DNA from: Longimicrobiales bacterium
GTDB taxonomy: Bacteria; Gemmatimonadota; Gemmatimonadetes; Longimicrobiales; Gaopeijiaceae
Assembly: GCA_041690395.1 (NCBI GenBank)
Contig: JAWLHJ010000004.1
Coordinates: 577,478 to 641,477 of the forward strand
Direction: 5' to 3'
Length of the DNA stretch: 64,000 nucleotides
Part shown: piece after piece, positions 19,453 through 28,830 of the stretch
Layout of the letters: every line of letters starts with the position of its first letter
Position numbering within the stretch: position 1 is the stretch's first letter
Notes under the pieces: model-generated
What the model was told of the DNA's origin: nothing
What the model saw: only the letters and a program-made list of their open reading frames with translations
Database searches by the model: none
Program-made: the position numbers and the translations under genes

Positions 19453-19557
19453 CCATCCGGCGAAGACACCCTGCCCCACGAGATGCGCCAACGAGAGCTC
19501 GCCCTCCTGCCCATCCTCGAAGCGGATCCAGACGTGGTAGTTGGGTTCGGGGATTCC
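19453..19557 (-). pseudogene. DUF2442-like gene fragment without a start codon
   Basis: Hand translation GIPEPNYHVWIRFEDGQEGELSLAHLVGQGVFAGW. Confidence 0.6.
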
Positions 19558-21210
19558 CTACCGCGGCCTCCACCTCGCCGACAGGCTCAGATTCAGGTTC
19601 CAGAAGTCGTTGCCGCGATCGAAGTATCGATTGAACTCGCGCGTGAGCGTCATGCCACCCCCGAGGTCGAACGGCCCCGCGAACCAGAGCGCGTCGAGCC
19701 CGGCGCTGAGGTCGACATGGTGGCAGCACGAGTCCAGGTCGTTGGCGTCGGCGAACACGTAGTACGCGTCGTTGTCGTGGGTCCGTCGCTCCAGCAGCAA
19801 CCGGGTCCGGCCCCAGTCGTCCCACAGCTCCGTCGTGATGACCTGGGCGTTCCCGCCCGGCCCGACGTTGGAGCCGATCACCTGCCCCTCGTTCGTGTAG
19901 CCCTGGCGTACGATGTGGTGGCTGTAGAAGACCGGCGTGGCGCGGACCTCCAGCGTCCGGCCTCGCTGCAGGTTGATCATCTCGGCGCCGACGGCGAGGC
20001 GTCGCTCCCCATCGAGCCGCGTGGCCTTCCTCAGCCCCAGCAGGTATCCCTGGGAATGCTCGGGCTCCATGAAGAAGTCACGGAAGTCCCAGCTGTGATC
20101 GTTCCGCGCCCACTCGCCGTACAGCTCGAGACCGCTCTCCGGGAACACCCAGCGCATGAACAGCGAGAGCATCTGGTCCTCGCGGTCGTCGCCGGTGGGG
20201 TTGTCGGGCGAGACGAAGCTCTCCTTCCGGACACCCTGAAGCACGAGGAAGAAGTCCTCGAGCTCGGTCCCGCCGGGATCGACGAACCCGTAGAACATGC
20301 GGGTCGCCCCGAAGAACAACCCCTCGACGAACGCCGGCTGGTACGTAAGGGCCAGCCCCGTCAGGAACCGGTCGGTCTCCGTGAAGGACGGATCGAAGTA
20401 GTCCGACTGATCGAGACGCCCCCAGATCCACTGCGCTTCCAGATCGCCGATCCAGATATCCACGGGCCGGCGTGTCCCGATGAACCCGTGCACGATGCCC
20501 GGCGCGTTGTCGCTCATGAGGATCGAGTGATGGATGCCCGGACCCCACCAGAGGTTCCGGCTGCTCAGGCCCAGCGTGACACCGCGCACGTCGATCCGGA
20601 TCTCGGAGTCGCCGGGGTGCAGCGTGGTGACCGACTCGTCACCGAACCGCTGGGGCATGTCCATTCGCCGCCAGGGATACGCGTACTCCGGCATGCCGGG
20701 GAGCGTGACGGGTGCCAGGTCGAACGACGCATTCTGGGATACCGTGAAGACGGGCTGCGCGCGGACCGAGAGCCAACCCCACCTGGCCCACCCTCCGATG
20801 TCGAGGGCCGTCGTCAGTCCCTTCCCCTGCCAGACGACTCCGTCGTTGCCACCCCACGGGCGACTCGTGTTCGCGAACAGCCGCATGCGGGCTTCCGTGA
20901 AGCCGACATCCGTGCTCCAGGGCGTATGCAGGCCGGCGTCCTCCCGGTCGTCGCGCCGCATGAACGAGCCCCCGAGGCGTTCGGCCCACGGGTGTCGCGG
21001 CCCGGCGAGCTGCGGCGGCGCCCCGTCCAGCAACGGCCGGATGGAGAACGCACTCGGGGACGCGTCGCCGGTCAGCTCGAGCAGACGGAGGTAATCCTCC
21101 AACGGGTCACCGACGCGGAGGGATTGGGCGGAGATGGGGGCCGCGAATGAGGCGACCAACCCGAAGCTCACACTCGCCACAACCGCCGCGGCCTTCATCG
21201 AGCTCAACAT
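19558..21210 (-). CDS. Capsule-assembly Wzi-family outer-membrane protein
   Basis: Signal peptide, NLWWGPGIHHSILMSDNAPG, DQMLSL, ELYGEW, beta-strand C-terminus. Confidence 0.8.
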   Translation of the reverse strand: MLSSMKAAAVVASVSFGLVASFAAPISAQSLRVGDPLEDYLRLLELTGDASPSAFSIRPLLDGAPPQLAGPRHPWAERLGGSFMRRDDREDAGLHTPWSTDVGFTEARMRLFANTSRPWGGNDGVVWQGKGLTTALDIGGWARWGWLSVRAQPVFTVSQNASFDLAPVTLPGMPEYAYPWRRMDMPQRFGDESVTTLHPGDSEIRIDVRGVTLGLSSRNLWWGPGIHHSILMSDNAPGIVHGFIGTRRPVDIWIGDLEAQWIWGRLDQSDYFDPSFTETDRFLTGLALTYQPAFVEGLFFGATRMFYGFVDPGGTELEDFFLVLQGVRKESFVSPDNPTGDDREDQMLSLFMRWVFPESGLELYGEWARNDHSWDFRDFFMEPEHSQGYLLGLRKATRLDGERRLAVGAEMINLQRGRTLEVRATPVFYSHHIVRQGYTNEGQVIGSNVGPGGNAQVITTELWDDWGRTRLLLERRTHDNDAYYVFADANDLDSCCHHVDLSAGLDALWFAGPFDLGGGMTLTREFNRYFDRGNDFWNLNLSLSARWRPR

Positions 21211-23414
21211 CACGCCCACCCCAGGTCGTCCTCGTCGAAGTGCTCCCTGCGCTCCACGTCGAGCACGCCCTTCACCCGCGCGATGGAACGTCTGACCTTC
21301 TCCAGATGTGACAGGTCGCGGACCTCGATGACGAACTCGCCCTGCATGCCGCCCTCCGTCGCGCGCATGTCCGCGTGCTGGATGTCGGTGCCCGTGGCGC
21401 TGATCGCCTTGGCCACGTCCGACAGCAGTCCCCTCCGGTCCGTGCCCCGCATGAACAGCTTCACGAAGAAGCGGTCGTTCTTCTCGGCGGTCCACTCAAT
21501 CTCGACGCGGCGCTCGGGATCTTTAGCCAGGGCCAGCACGTTCGGGCAGTCCTTGCGGTGGATGCTCACCCCCCGCCCCCGCGTGATGTAGCCGACGACC
21601 GGGTCACCGGGCACGGGCTGACAACAGCGGCTGTAGCGCACCATGAGGTTGTCCATCCCCTGGATGCGCACGCCCTTCGGGCTCAGCCGGAGCTTCTCGG
21701 CGAGCTTGGTGAACGTCGACGGCTCGCGCTTGGCGACCTCGGAGGGGTCGTAGTCGGGGTGGAACTGCTTGATGACCGCCGTGGGCCCGACGTCGCCCCG
21801 GCCGAGGGCGGCGTAGAGCTGGTCGAGGTCGTTGTAGCCCAGGTTGGCCGAGCCCTGCCCGAGCACGTCGGGGTTCTCGGGGAGCGTGAGCTTGGCCTTC
21901 TTCAGCTCCCGGTCGAGCATCTCCTTGCCCAGCTTGTGGGCGCTCTCGAACTCCTCCTGCCGGATCCAGTGACGGATCCTCTGGCGGGCCCGGGACGTCT
22001 TCACGAACGCCAGCCAGTCGCGGTTCGGCTTCTGGCGGGGGTTGGTGATCACCTCGATGGTGTCGCCGTTCCGGAGCTCGCGCGACAGCGGTGCGATACG
22101 GCCGTTCACCTTGGCGCCGGCGCAGTGGAGCCCGATCTCGGTGTGGACGTGGAACGCGAAATCGATGGGGGTCGAGCCCTGCGGGAGCGCCTTCACGTCG
22201 CCCTGGGGCGTGAACACGAAGATCTCGCCCTGGAACAGGTCCATGCGGAGGAACTCCATGAACTCCTCCGGCTCGGCGGTGTCCTGCTGCCACTCGAGCA
22301 CCTGCCGGAACCACGACAGCGCCTCGTCGGCCTCGCTCTTCGACGACTCCGGGTCGGTCCGGCCCTCCTTGTAGCGCCAGTGCGCCGCGATGCCGAACTC
22401 GGCGGTGCGGTGCATCTCCTGGGTGCGGATCTGGATCTCGTAGCGCCGCCCGCCCGGACCGAAGATGGTCGTGTGGAGCGAGCGGTACATGTTCGACTTC
22501 GGCGTGGCGATGTAGTCGTGGAACCGCTCGGGGATCGGCGTCCAACGGCTGTGGATGACGCCGAGGGCGGCGTAGCAGTTCTGGACCGAGTCGGTGAGGA
22601 CCCTCATGGCCATGAGGTCGTAGATCTCCTCGAACGGCCGGCCCCGCTTGACCATCTTGTTGTGGACGGACCAGAGGTGCTTCGGCCGTCCGCTCACCTC
22701 GGCCGGGATGCCCGCTTCCTTGAGCGCGTCCTCGAGGGGGCGCTGGAGCTCCAGGATCTCGCGCTCCCGGGTCTTCCTGCGCTGCTGGATCTTCTTGCGG
22801 AGCTCGTCGTAGGCCTCGGGCTCCAGGGCCTTGAACGCCAGGTCCTCGAGCTCCCAGCGGAGCGCGGCCATGCCGAGGCGGTGGGCGAGCGGGGCGTAGA
22901 TCTCGCGCGTCTCCAGGGCGATGCGCCGCCGCTTCGGCTCGGGTAGGTACTCGAGGGTACGCATGTTGTGGAGGCGGTCGGCCAGCTTCACCAGGATCAC
23001 CCGGGCGTCCGTGGCCATGGACAGGAGCATCTTCCGGTAGTTCTCGACCTGATGCTCCGTGGCCGAGCGGAACTCGACCTTGCCCAGCTTGGTCACCCCG
23101 TCGACGATCTGGGCGACCTCCTTACCGAACCGCTCCTCGACCTCGCGGATGGAGATCTCGGTGTCCTCGACCGTGTCGTGGATCAGCCCGGCGATGATCG
23201 TGGCCGTGTCCAGCCGCAGCTGCGCCAGGATGGTCGCGACCTCGATCGTGTGCTGGACGTACTCCTCCCCCGACGCACGCAGCTGGCCCGCGTGCGCATC
23301 GACGGCCAGGTCGTAGGCCGCCTTGATCGCCTCGATGTCGAGGCGGTCGGCGTGGGCCTCGAGGGCCCGCGCGAGCGGGCGCGGGAGGCCGCGGATGGTG
23401 GGGGTGGTGGTCAT
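21210..23414 (-). CDS. Long RelA/SpoT homologue, (p)ppGpp synthetase/hydrolase
   Basis: HD hydrolase motif (IHDTVED), KLADRLHNMRT, GRPKH, YIATPKSNMYRSLHT, EIQIRT, TGS and ACT domains. Confidence 0.96.
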   Translation of the reverse strand: MTTTPTIRGLPRPLARALEAHADRLDIEAIKAAYDLAVDAHAGQLRASGEEYVQHTIEVATILAQLRLDTATIIAGLIHDTVEDTEISIREVEERFGKEVAQIVDGVTKLGKVEFRSATEHQVENYRKMLLSMATDARVILVKLADRLHNMRTLEYLPEPKRRRIALETREIYAPLAHRLGMAALRWELEDLAFKALEPEAYDELRKKIQQRRKTREREILELQRPLEDALKEAGIPAEVSGRPKHLWSVHNKMVKRGRPFEEIYDLMAMRVLTDSVQNCYAALGVIHSRWTPIPERFHDYIATPKSNMYRSLHTTIFGPGGRRYEIQIRTQEMHRTAEFGIAAHWRYKEGRTDPESSKSEADEALSWFRQVLEWQQDTAEPEEFMEFLRMDLFQGEIFVFTPQGDVKALPQGSTPIDFAFHVHTEIGLHCAGAKVNGRIAPLSRELRNGDTIEVITNPRQKPNRDWLAFVKTSRARQRIRHWIRQEEFESAHKLGKEMLDRELKKAKLTLPENPDVLGQGSANLGYNDLDQLYAALGRGDVGPTAVIKQFHPDYDPSEVAKREPSTFTKLAEKLRLSPKGVRIQGMDNLMVRYSRCCQPVPGDPVVGYITRGRGVSIHRKDCPNVLALAKDPERRVEIEWTAEKNDRFFVKLFMRGTDRRGLLSDVAKAISATGTDIQHADMRATEGGMQGEFVIEVRDLSHLEKVRRSIARVKGVLDVERREHFDEDDLGWA

Positions 23415-23420
23415 AGTCGA

Positions 23421-23462
23421 ATAAGAAAACGCGACGGGTAGAGGCGGCTCCACCCGTCGCGT
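23421..23462 (-). terminator. Intrinsic terminator-like hairpin between the glycan island and the rel gene
   Basis: Minus strand ACGCGACGGGTGGAG-CCGC-CTCTACCCGTCGCGT (one G-U) followed by TTTCTTAT. Confidence 0.7.
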
Positions 23463-23491
23463 AGTACCACGGAAACCTAAAGAGGTGCGGC

Positions 23492-24460
23492 CTACGCTTG
23501 AGTCTCCACCTGTTGGCGGATCCAAGCGTAGGTCTTCGCGATGCCTTCCCGCAACGGCATCGACGGAGCCCACCCCAGACGTTCTTCGATGAGGCGGTTG
23601 TCGGAGTTGCGTCCACGCACACCCTGAGGACCGTCAATATGGCGAAGGCTCAGCTTCTTGTCGGAGATATCCATGATCATCTGAGCCAGGCCGTTGATCG
23701 TGACCATCTCTTCGGACCCAATATTGACCGGGCCCGTGAAGTCCGATCGAGTCAGCCGGATCGTGCCCTCGACGCACTCATCTACATAAAGAAAGGATCG
23801 GGTCTGCTTGCCGTCCCCCCAGATCTCGATCTCTCCGTCGTCGTCAGCCTCGGCAACCTTCCGGCAGAGTGCCGCAGGGGCTTTCTCTCTCCCCCCCGTC
23901 CAGGTCCCCTCGGGGCCGAAGATGTTGTGATACCGAGCGACCCGGGTCTCCATCCCATAGTTGCGGCCAAACGCCAGGTAGAGCCGCTCCGAGAAGAGCT
24001 TCTCCCAACCATACTCGCTGTCCGGGTTGGCAGGGTACGCGGAGTCTTCCGAACAATTGGGGTTGTCCGGGTCGAGCTGATTGTGCTCCGGATACATGCA
24101 TGCCGAAGATGAGTAGAATATCCGCTTCACGTTCCGACGGTGACATGCCTCGAGCATGTTGAGGTTGATGAGCGCCGAATTGTGCATGATATCGGCGTCA
24201 TTCTCACCGGTGAAGATGAAGCCGGCCCCACCCATATCAGCGGCCAACTGGTACACTTCGTCGAAGCGGCGGTCCACGGCAGTCCGGCACACGGACGGAT
24301 CCCGGAGATCTCCGACGATGAAGTCGTCCGCTGGAGTCTCGGAAAACTCAGGGTACTTGAGATCGACACCCCGGACCCAGTTGCCGTCCTCCTTGAGACG
24401 CTTCACGAGATGGGATCCGATGAACCCGCCGGCCCCGCAAACGAGGATGGTCTTCGACAT
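23492..24460 (-). CDS. NAD-dependent epimerase, GDP-mannose 3',5'-epimerase-like
   Basis: GAGGFIG, LAADMGGAGFI, SSACMYP, YGWEK, HNIFGP, REKAPAALCRK, GVRGRNSDN. Confidence 0.85.
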   Translation of the reverse strand: MSKTILVCGAGGFIGSHLVKRLKEDGNWVRGVDLKYPEFSETPADDFIVGDLRDPSVCRTAVDRRFDEVYQLAADMGGAGFIFTGENDADIMHNSALINLNMLEACHRRNVKRIFYSSSACMYPEHNQLDPDNPNCSEDSAYPANPDSEYGWEKLFSERLYLAFGRNYGMETRVARYHNIFGPEGTWTGGREKAPAALCRKVAEADDDGEIEIWGDGKQTRSFLYVDECVEGTIRLTRSDFTGPVNIGSEEMVTINGLAQMIMDISDKKLSLRHIDGPQGVRGRNSDNRLIEERLGWAPSMPLREGIAKTYAWIRQQVETQA

Positions 24461-24533
24461 GAAAATATTCGGTTGGTAGTGGCGTTGGGATGGAAGTTGA
24501 GAACCTCGCAAGATCTCAGGGTGCAGACAACGC

Positions 24534-25334
24534 CTAGCCGTCGTCAGAGAATGTCTTCAATCCGGTCAACTGGAGCGTGATCAGGAACAGGAACTTGGGA
24601 ACGATCTCGAAGTACCGCCGCCAAAGGCGACGAGGTTCCTGCATGAGGCGGTAGAACCACTCCAACGCGACACGCTTCATCCACGCTGGTGCCGGCCTGA
24701 TCGAACCCGTGTGGTAGTCGAACGCGGCTCCCACACTGCAGATGAGCTTGACGTCCAGCCGGTCACGCATACTGGCGATCCAGCGCTCCTGCTTGGGAGT
24801 GGATAGTCCGACCCACACGACGTCAGCCCCGCTGGAGTTGATCTCATCGGCGATGACGTCCTCCTCTTGCGGGGTCAATGGTCGAAAGGGGGGGCAGTAT
24901 GTCCCGACAATCGTTGCTGCCGGCATGGCGACAAGAAAAGCCTCCGCTAGCCGGTCCGCCACACCCTCCCGACCGCCATAGAAGTAATGACTGACCCCAA
25001 GCGGTACTGACCGCTCAATTACATCCCACATGACATCCGGACCGAACGCGCGCTCGCTTCGCCCGCGGCCGAGCACCCGGCTCGCCGCGACGATCGGCAT
25101 TCCATCAGGCACGTTAAAGGTGGCCGCATTGAGGATACGTCGGTAGGACTTGTCTTTCTGCGCCTCGATTACGCCGTGTACGCCGGTCGGACACAGATAC
25201 CCCGCGCGACGGGCCGGATTCTTCAAGAGTGCCTCGACGGCCCCAAGCACGGTTGGGTAGGGCGATGCGACAAACCGCACTCCAAGGACGTTCGAAAAGT
25301 CCAGACCCGTTTGATACTGCTCCATCGCAGTCAA
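24534..25334 (-). CDS. WecB/TagA/CpsF-family glycosyltransferase
   Basis: PDGMP, GPD, WVGLSTPKQERW, VGAAFD, LEWFYRLMQEPRRLWRRY; start TTG 25334 or ATG 25325. Confidence 0.92.
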   Translation of the reverse strand: MTAMEQYQTGLDFSNVLGVRFVASPYPTVLGAVEALLKNPARRAGYLCPTGVHGVIEAQKDKSYRRILNAATFNVPDGMPIVAASRVLGRGRSERAFGPDVMWDVIERSVPLGVSHYFYGGREGVADRLAEAFLVAMPAATIVGTYCPPFRPLTPQEEDVIADEINSSGADVVWVGLSTPKQERWIASMRDRLDVKLICSVGAAFDYHTGSIRPAPAWMKRVALEWFYRLMQEPRRLWRRYFEIVPKFLFLITLQLTGLKTFSDDG

Positions 25335-26557
25335 GCCTCCCCTCCCCGAGCACCACCGTGCCCGCGCAGATGCCCCCCCCCCCCATGCTCGGACTCCGCT
25401 CTGGCCTCCCCGTATATACTCATCATACGGGCGTAATTCCCGTCGGCGGAGTAGGTCGCAACGAAGGTAGCCCTTGCGCCCTTCCGAAGTCGAAGCAGCC
25501 CGGCGGGCTTCTTCATCATCAAAGCGCTACAAGTCGTAGCCAACGCCGCAGAATCTCCGGCCGGGAACAGTACACCATTCACGTCCGGCTCCACCATTTC
25601 TCTCATCCCGCCCCTATCGGACGCAACGACAGGGGTTCCACGCGCGAACGCCTCGATAATCGTCCGCGGCATGCCCTCATAACATTCGGAGGGCACAACT
25701 AAAAAGGCCGCCTGTCCCATAATGTCCACAACCGAACGAAGGGTCATCTGCCCAAGCCATTCGACGGAGCCAGCGTTAGACCTCGCCGCGCTCTGAACCA
25801 ACGGGCGAAGCGGGCCGTCCCCCACGATCCTTAGAGGCATAGGATCGTCCATCCGGCTCCAGGCCTCGAGGAGCACTGGCAACCCCTTCTCCGCGCTCAG
25901 TCGTCCGACGTAGAGCGCGAATCCCCCGGCCCCGTCACCCGTACCCGGGTCGAACTCGAGAAAATTCGGCTTGACTGAGACCTTCCCGGTAGGCAACCCT
26001 CCGTTGACCATCAGGTCCTTCGCGAACGGCGTTAGGGCGATAAATCGGTGGACCGCCTTCTCCCAGGTCCCTGCTACTCGATGTGCCGTCAGCATCAAAG
26101 CGGTAGCCGCACTCGCGGCGCGCGAGCCCCGGTAGCACCCATGCACCACACCCGGCAATGGAGTCCGCCCGAGGCAGTCCTCGCACGGCGCTCCGTTACG
26201 AAAAAGCAGGCCGTTCACACACACAAGTCGGTAGTTATGTAGCGTCTTCACGACACCGGCGCCTGCAGATCGAGCTGCCCAGTAAGCGCTCGGTGAGATC
26301 AACGGGAACGTGTTGTGAAAATGCACAACCTCGGCTCCTTCTGCTCGCACGAGATCGCGGATCTCCCGAAAGGTCCTGTGATTCCATAGCATGCTCCGCA
26401 GCAGCGCGCTCGAACCAGTCCCAGCCAGTTCAGTATTGCCCCGGGTGTAGGTGAGGACTTCGTGTCCCTTCGAGCGGAGAAGGTCAGCCTCAGAATGAAA
26501 CACCTGGTCCTCACCGCCCGGCTCCCGGTAGTAGTTATGCACTAGAAGGACTTTCAC
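25331..26557 (-). CDS. GT4-family glycosyltransferase
   Basis: HNYYREPGGED, HFHNTFPLISPS, YVGRLSAEKG, EGMPRTIIEA. Confidence 0.92.
   Translation of the reverse strand: MKVLLVHNYYREPGGEDQVFHSEADLLRSKGHEVLTYTRGNTELAGTGSSALLRSMLWNHRTFREIRDLVRAEGAEVVHFHNTFPLISPSAYWAARSAGAGVVKTLHNYRLVCVNGLLFRNGAPCEDCLGRTPLPGVVHGCYRGSRAASAATALMLTAHRVAGTWEKAVHRFIALTPFAKDLMVNGGLPTGKVSVKPNFLEFDPGTGDGAGGFALYVGRLSAEKGLPVLLEAWSRMDDPMPLRIVGDGPLRPLVQSAARSNAGSVEWLGQMTLRSVVDIMGQAAFLVVPSECYEGMPRTIIEAFARGTPVVASDRGGMREMVEPDVNGVLFPAGDSAALATTCSALMMKKPAGLLRLRKGARATFVATYSADGNYARMMSIYGEARAESEHGGGGHLRGHGGARGGEA
25373..25384 (-). repeat. G12 homopolymer at the 3' end of the GT4 gene
   Basis: Twelve consecutive C on the plus strand, the longest homopolymer noticed in the window. 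Confidence 0.9.
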
Positions 26558-26632
26558 GAGCGGACACGCACTGGAAGAGGGGACGGGTGTAGCAAGAAGG
26601 GGCGAGCCCAGGCACGGCTCGAGGCCGCTGCA

Positions 26633-27328
26633 CTACTCAAGGTGCTCCCGGATTGCGAACCACGACTTCGTCATCCCGAGAACATGCTCGCCCAGGATAC
26701 GGGCGTCCGGGAAGAGATGTGCCATCTCACGTCGGGTCAGGAGCCTAATCTGCTCCACATCGGCCCGAGCCAGTATTGGATCCCTCTGCTTTTCGATCCA
26801 CCCGAGCGAGGACCGTCTATGGAGCCAGGTCCGGACTGAGAGCGGGAGAAAGGGCCAGAAAGGTACATGGAAGTGCGCTTCCAGCGGAAAATACCGATTG
26901 GGAGTCTGAACGAAGTACGCGTTGGACACGCGAGCGACCTCCCGCGCCATCGAGATCTGGTCAAACAGTGTCCCCACGTGCTCGATGACCGAATTGGAGA
27001 AACAGACGTGGAAGGTCCTGTCAGGAAAGGTCGAGAGGTCTCGGGCATCCCCAGCAACCGACGTGGCATTGGGTATGTCGGCCGTCTCCACGTGGGCGAG
27101 ATTCAGAAGCGTCAACTCAATCTTCCGCAACCTCTCAGCGCCCACGCCCTCCCAGAATCCGACAGTCCCTCCAACGTCCAACACCCTCACAGGCGACGGG
27201 AATCGACTCACAAGATCCATCAACAACTCGACCCTCCGTCCTCTCAATCTTGAGGCCCATGAGTGCGGGTCGGTGTTATCAGCCTGTCGGAAAATCATGC
27301 GAGGGCTTCTCGGTAGTTGGTCTGGCAC
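26633..27328 (-). CDS. Class I SAM-dependent methyltransferase
   Basis: VLDVGG, GDARDL, FSNSVIEHVG, VQTPNRYFPLE. Confidence 0.85.
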   Translation of the reverse strand: MPDQLPRSPRMIFRQADNTDPHSWASRLRGRRVELLMDLVSRFPSPVRVLDVGGTVGFWEGVGAERLRKIELTLLNLAHVETADIPNATSVAGDARDLSTFPDRTFHVCFSNSVIEHVGTLFDQISMAREVARVSNAYFVQTPNRYFPLEAHFHVPFWPFLPLSVRTWLHRRSSLGWIEKQRDPILARADVEQIRLLTRREMAHLFPDARILGEHVLGMTKSWFAIREHLE

Positions 27329-27334
27329 GCCCGA

Positions 27335-28711
27335 TCATTCACACACCGTTCGGGGCTCAGTCGCTTGCACTTCCAGTAAGTATCTCAGGCGCGCAGCGGC
27401 GAAGATATAAAGTAAAACAGGAAGCGTGAGCGCTTGCACGAACTCAAGGTAGTTTTCGATCGTACAGCACAGAACGAGAAAGACCAAGAAAGCTACCTGA
27501 AACTGGGCTAAGCCCCTCACCTCTCGTACCGGGTGACGAAAGTGACGTCGGGCTCGCACGATCTCGATCACTGTCCAAACAATGGCGCTAAACAGCACGA
27601 CGAAGCCGAACTCGACCACTACCGTCAAGATGGAGAAGTACGGCTGCGCAATGGCGCTCCCTTCCCCCACACGTTGATGCAGGTCCAGAAGGGGCTCCAT
27701 GACGAGTGCGAAATAGGTGGATTGCCCGCTCATGAAGTCGGGAAGGGAGACACCAAGGTACTGGCCAGACGCGAACAAAGCGGCCCTGCTCGAAAACTGT
27801 CCCAGTCCCGTGCCAAGCAACTGTACTTTCCAGTCTTGGACCAGCTCGAAGGCCTGCAAGACCACTGCCGCTTTCGGGAACTCCTGCAGGAGGAGGCGAT
27901 CCGCCCATGCCAGCGCTAGTTGGGGCGTCGCCGGGAAGAGATAGAGCACCATCGCTGAAAAGACTACGACACCGGCGACCGCCTTGGGTAGAGCCTTGAT
28001 CGACCGAGCCGAACCGTAGACGATAAGCAGGGTCACGATAAAGAACAGCGTTTGGTGACCCGACTGGGCCGCCGCGACCGCTATGAAACCTGAGGTGATT
28101 GCGACCTTTACCAGTAGGTTTCGCCAATAGGCTAGTAGAAAGAGATTGACGGCGAAGATGTTGAACGTGAACATCACCTGCGAAATGGTGATCCGCCCTA
28201 GGAAATCGAACATTCCATAGGTACCAGCGAGAGCATCCCAGTTGGAGGTCTGAGTAGACTGAAACGCCACGACCCCCGCCTGTAGGAGGCAGAACTTTGC
28301 TAGGATCCGGACGACTCTGCGCACCTCTCGATCGGAGATGGCAAACGCATCTCCCCGGTGCGCCAATAGCGCGATGATAGGGAGCCACATGACGAGGGCA
28401 AAAGCGACCCCCGGCATGCTATTGCTCAAGCCCCTGATGGCGTTCATCAAGAGAGACGTTGCAGTCAATCCAGCGAGGCCGGCGACAAGGCAGAACGCGC
28501 GAGTCGTCGAGACCACAGGGGTACCGATGAATCCCCAGCCTAGGAGCGCGAGAGGAGACACATAGTACGCGAAGTTGCTCGGGAATGCAGTCGTGAAGAG
28601 TACGACCAGAAGCAGGGGCGAGACCCGAGCACCTTGTACGCTCGAGTCATCCGAATCGGCTACGACACTGCTGGTTGGAGTGCGTGCGACGTTCCCGGTC
28701 ATCGGACGCAT
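27335..28711 (-). CDS. Multi-pass membrane protein, putative Wzy polymerase
   Basis: About ten or more hydrophobic segments, LLGTGLGQFSSRA loop, position in a Wzx cluster. Confidence 0.6.
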   Translation of the reverse strand: MRPMTGNVARTPTSSVVADSDDSSVQGARVSPLLLVVLFTTAFPSNFAYYVSPLALLGWGFIGTPVVSTTRAFCLVAGLAGLTATSLLMNAIRGLSNSMPGVAFALVMWLPIIALLAHRGDAFAISDREVRRVVRILAKFCLLQAGVVAFQSTQTSNWDALAGTYGMFDFLGRITISQVMFTFNIFAVNLFLLAYWRNLLVKVAITSGFIAVAAAQSGHQTLFFIVTLLIVYGSARSIKALPKAVAGVVVFSAMVLYLFPATPQLALAWADRLLLQEFPKAAVVLQAFELVQDWKVQLLGTGLGQFSSRAALFASGQYLGVSLPDFMSGQSTYFALVMEPLLDLHQRVGEGSAIAQPYFSILTVVVEFGFVVLFSAIVWTVIEIVRARRHFRHPVREVRGLAQFQVAFLVFLVLCCTIENYLEFVQALTLPVLLYIFAAARLRYLLEVQATEPRTVCE

Positions 28712-28830
28712 GTGTCGCTCCCCCGCCTTGCGCCACTAGCTTGCCGCCGCTGTCGAGCGCACCCGATTCCCATCAGATCTTTGAGGTGTCCCCGCGGACA
28801 ACACTCCCCGCCTATTGATAGGAAGCAAAC

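Noticed and set aside
19312..19491. Extended MarR N-terminus from TTG 19491
   Set aside because: The extension crosses the AT-rich operator region and has no MarR-like character; ATG 19311 is preferred.
24888..24894. Other G/C runs of about 7 nt, for example in wecB, rplR and map
   Set aside because: Short runs are expected at this GC content and also occur in essential genes.
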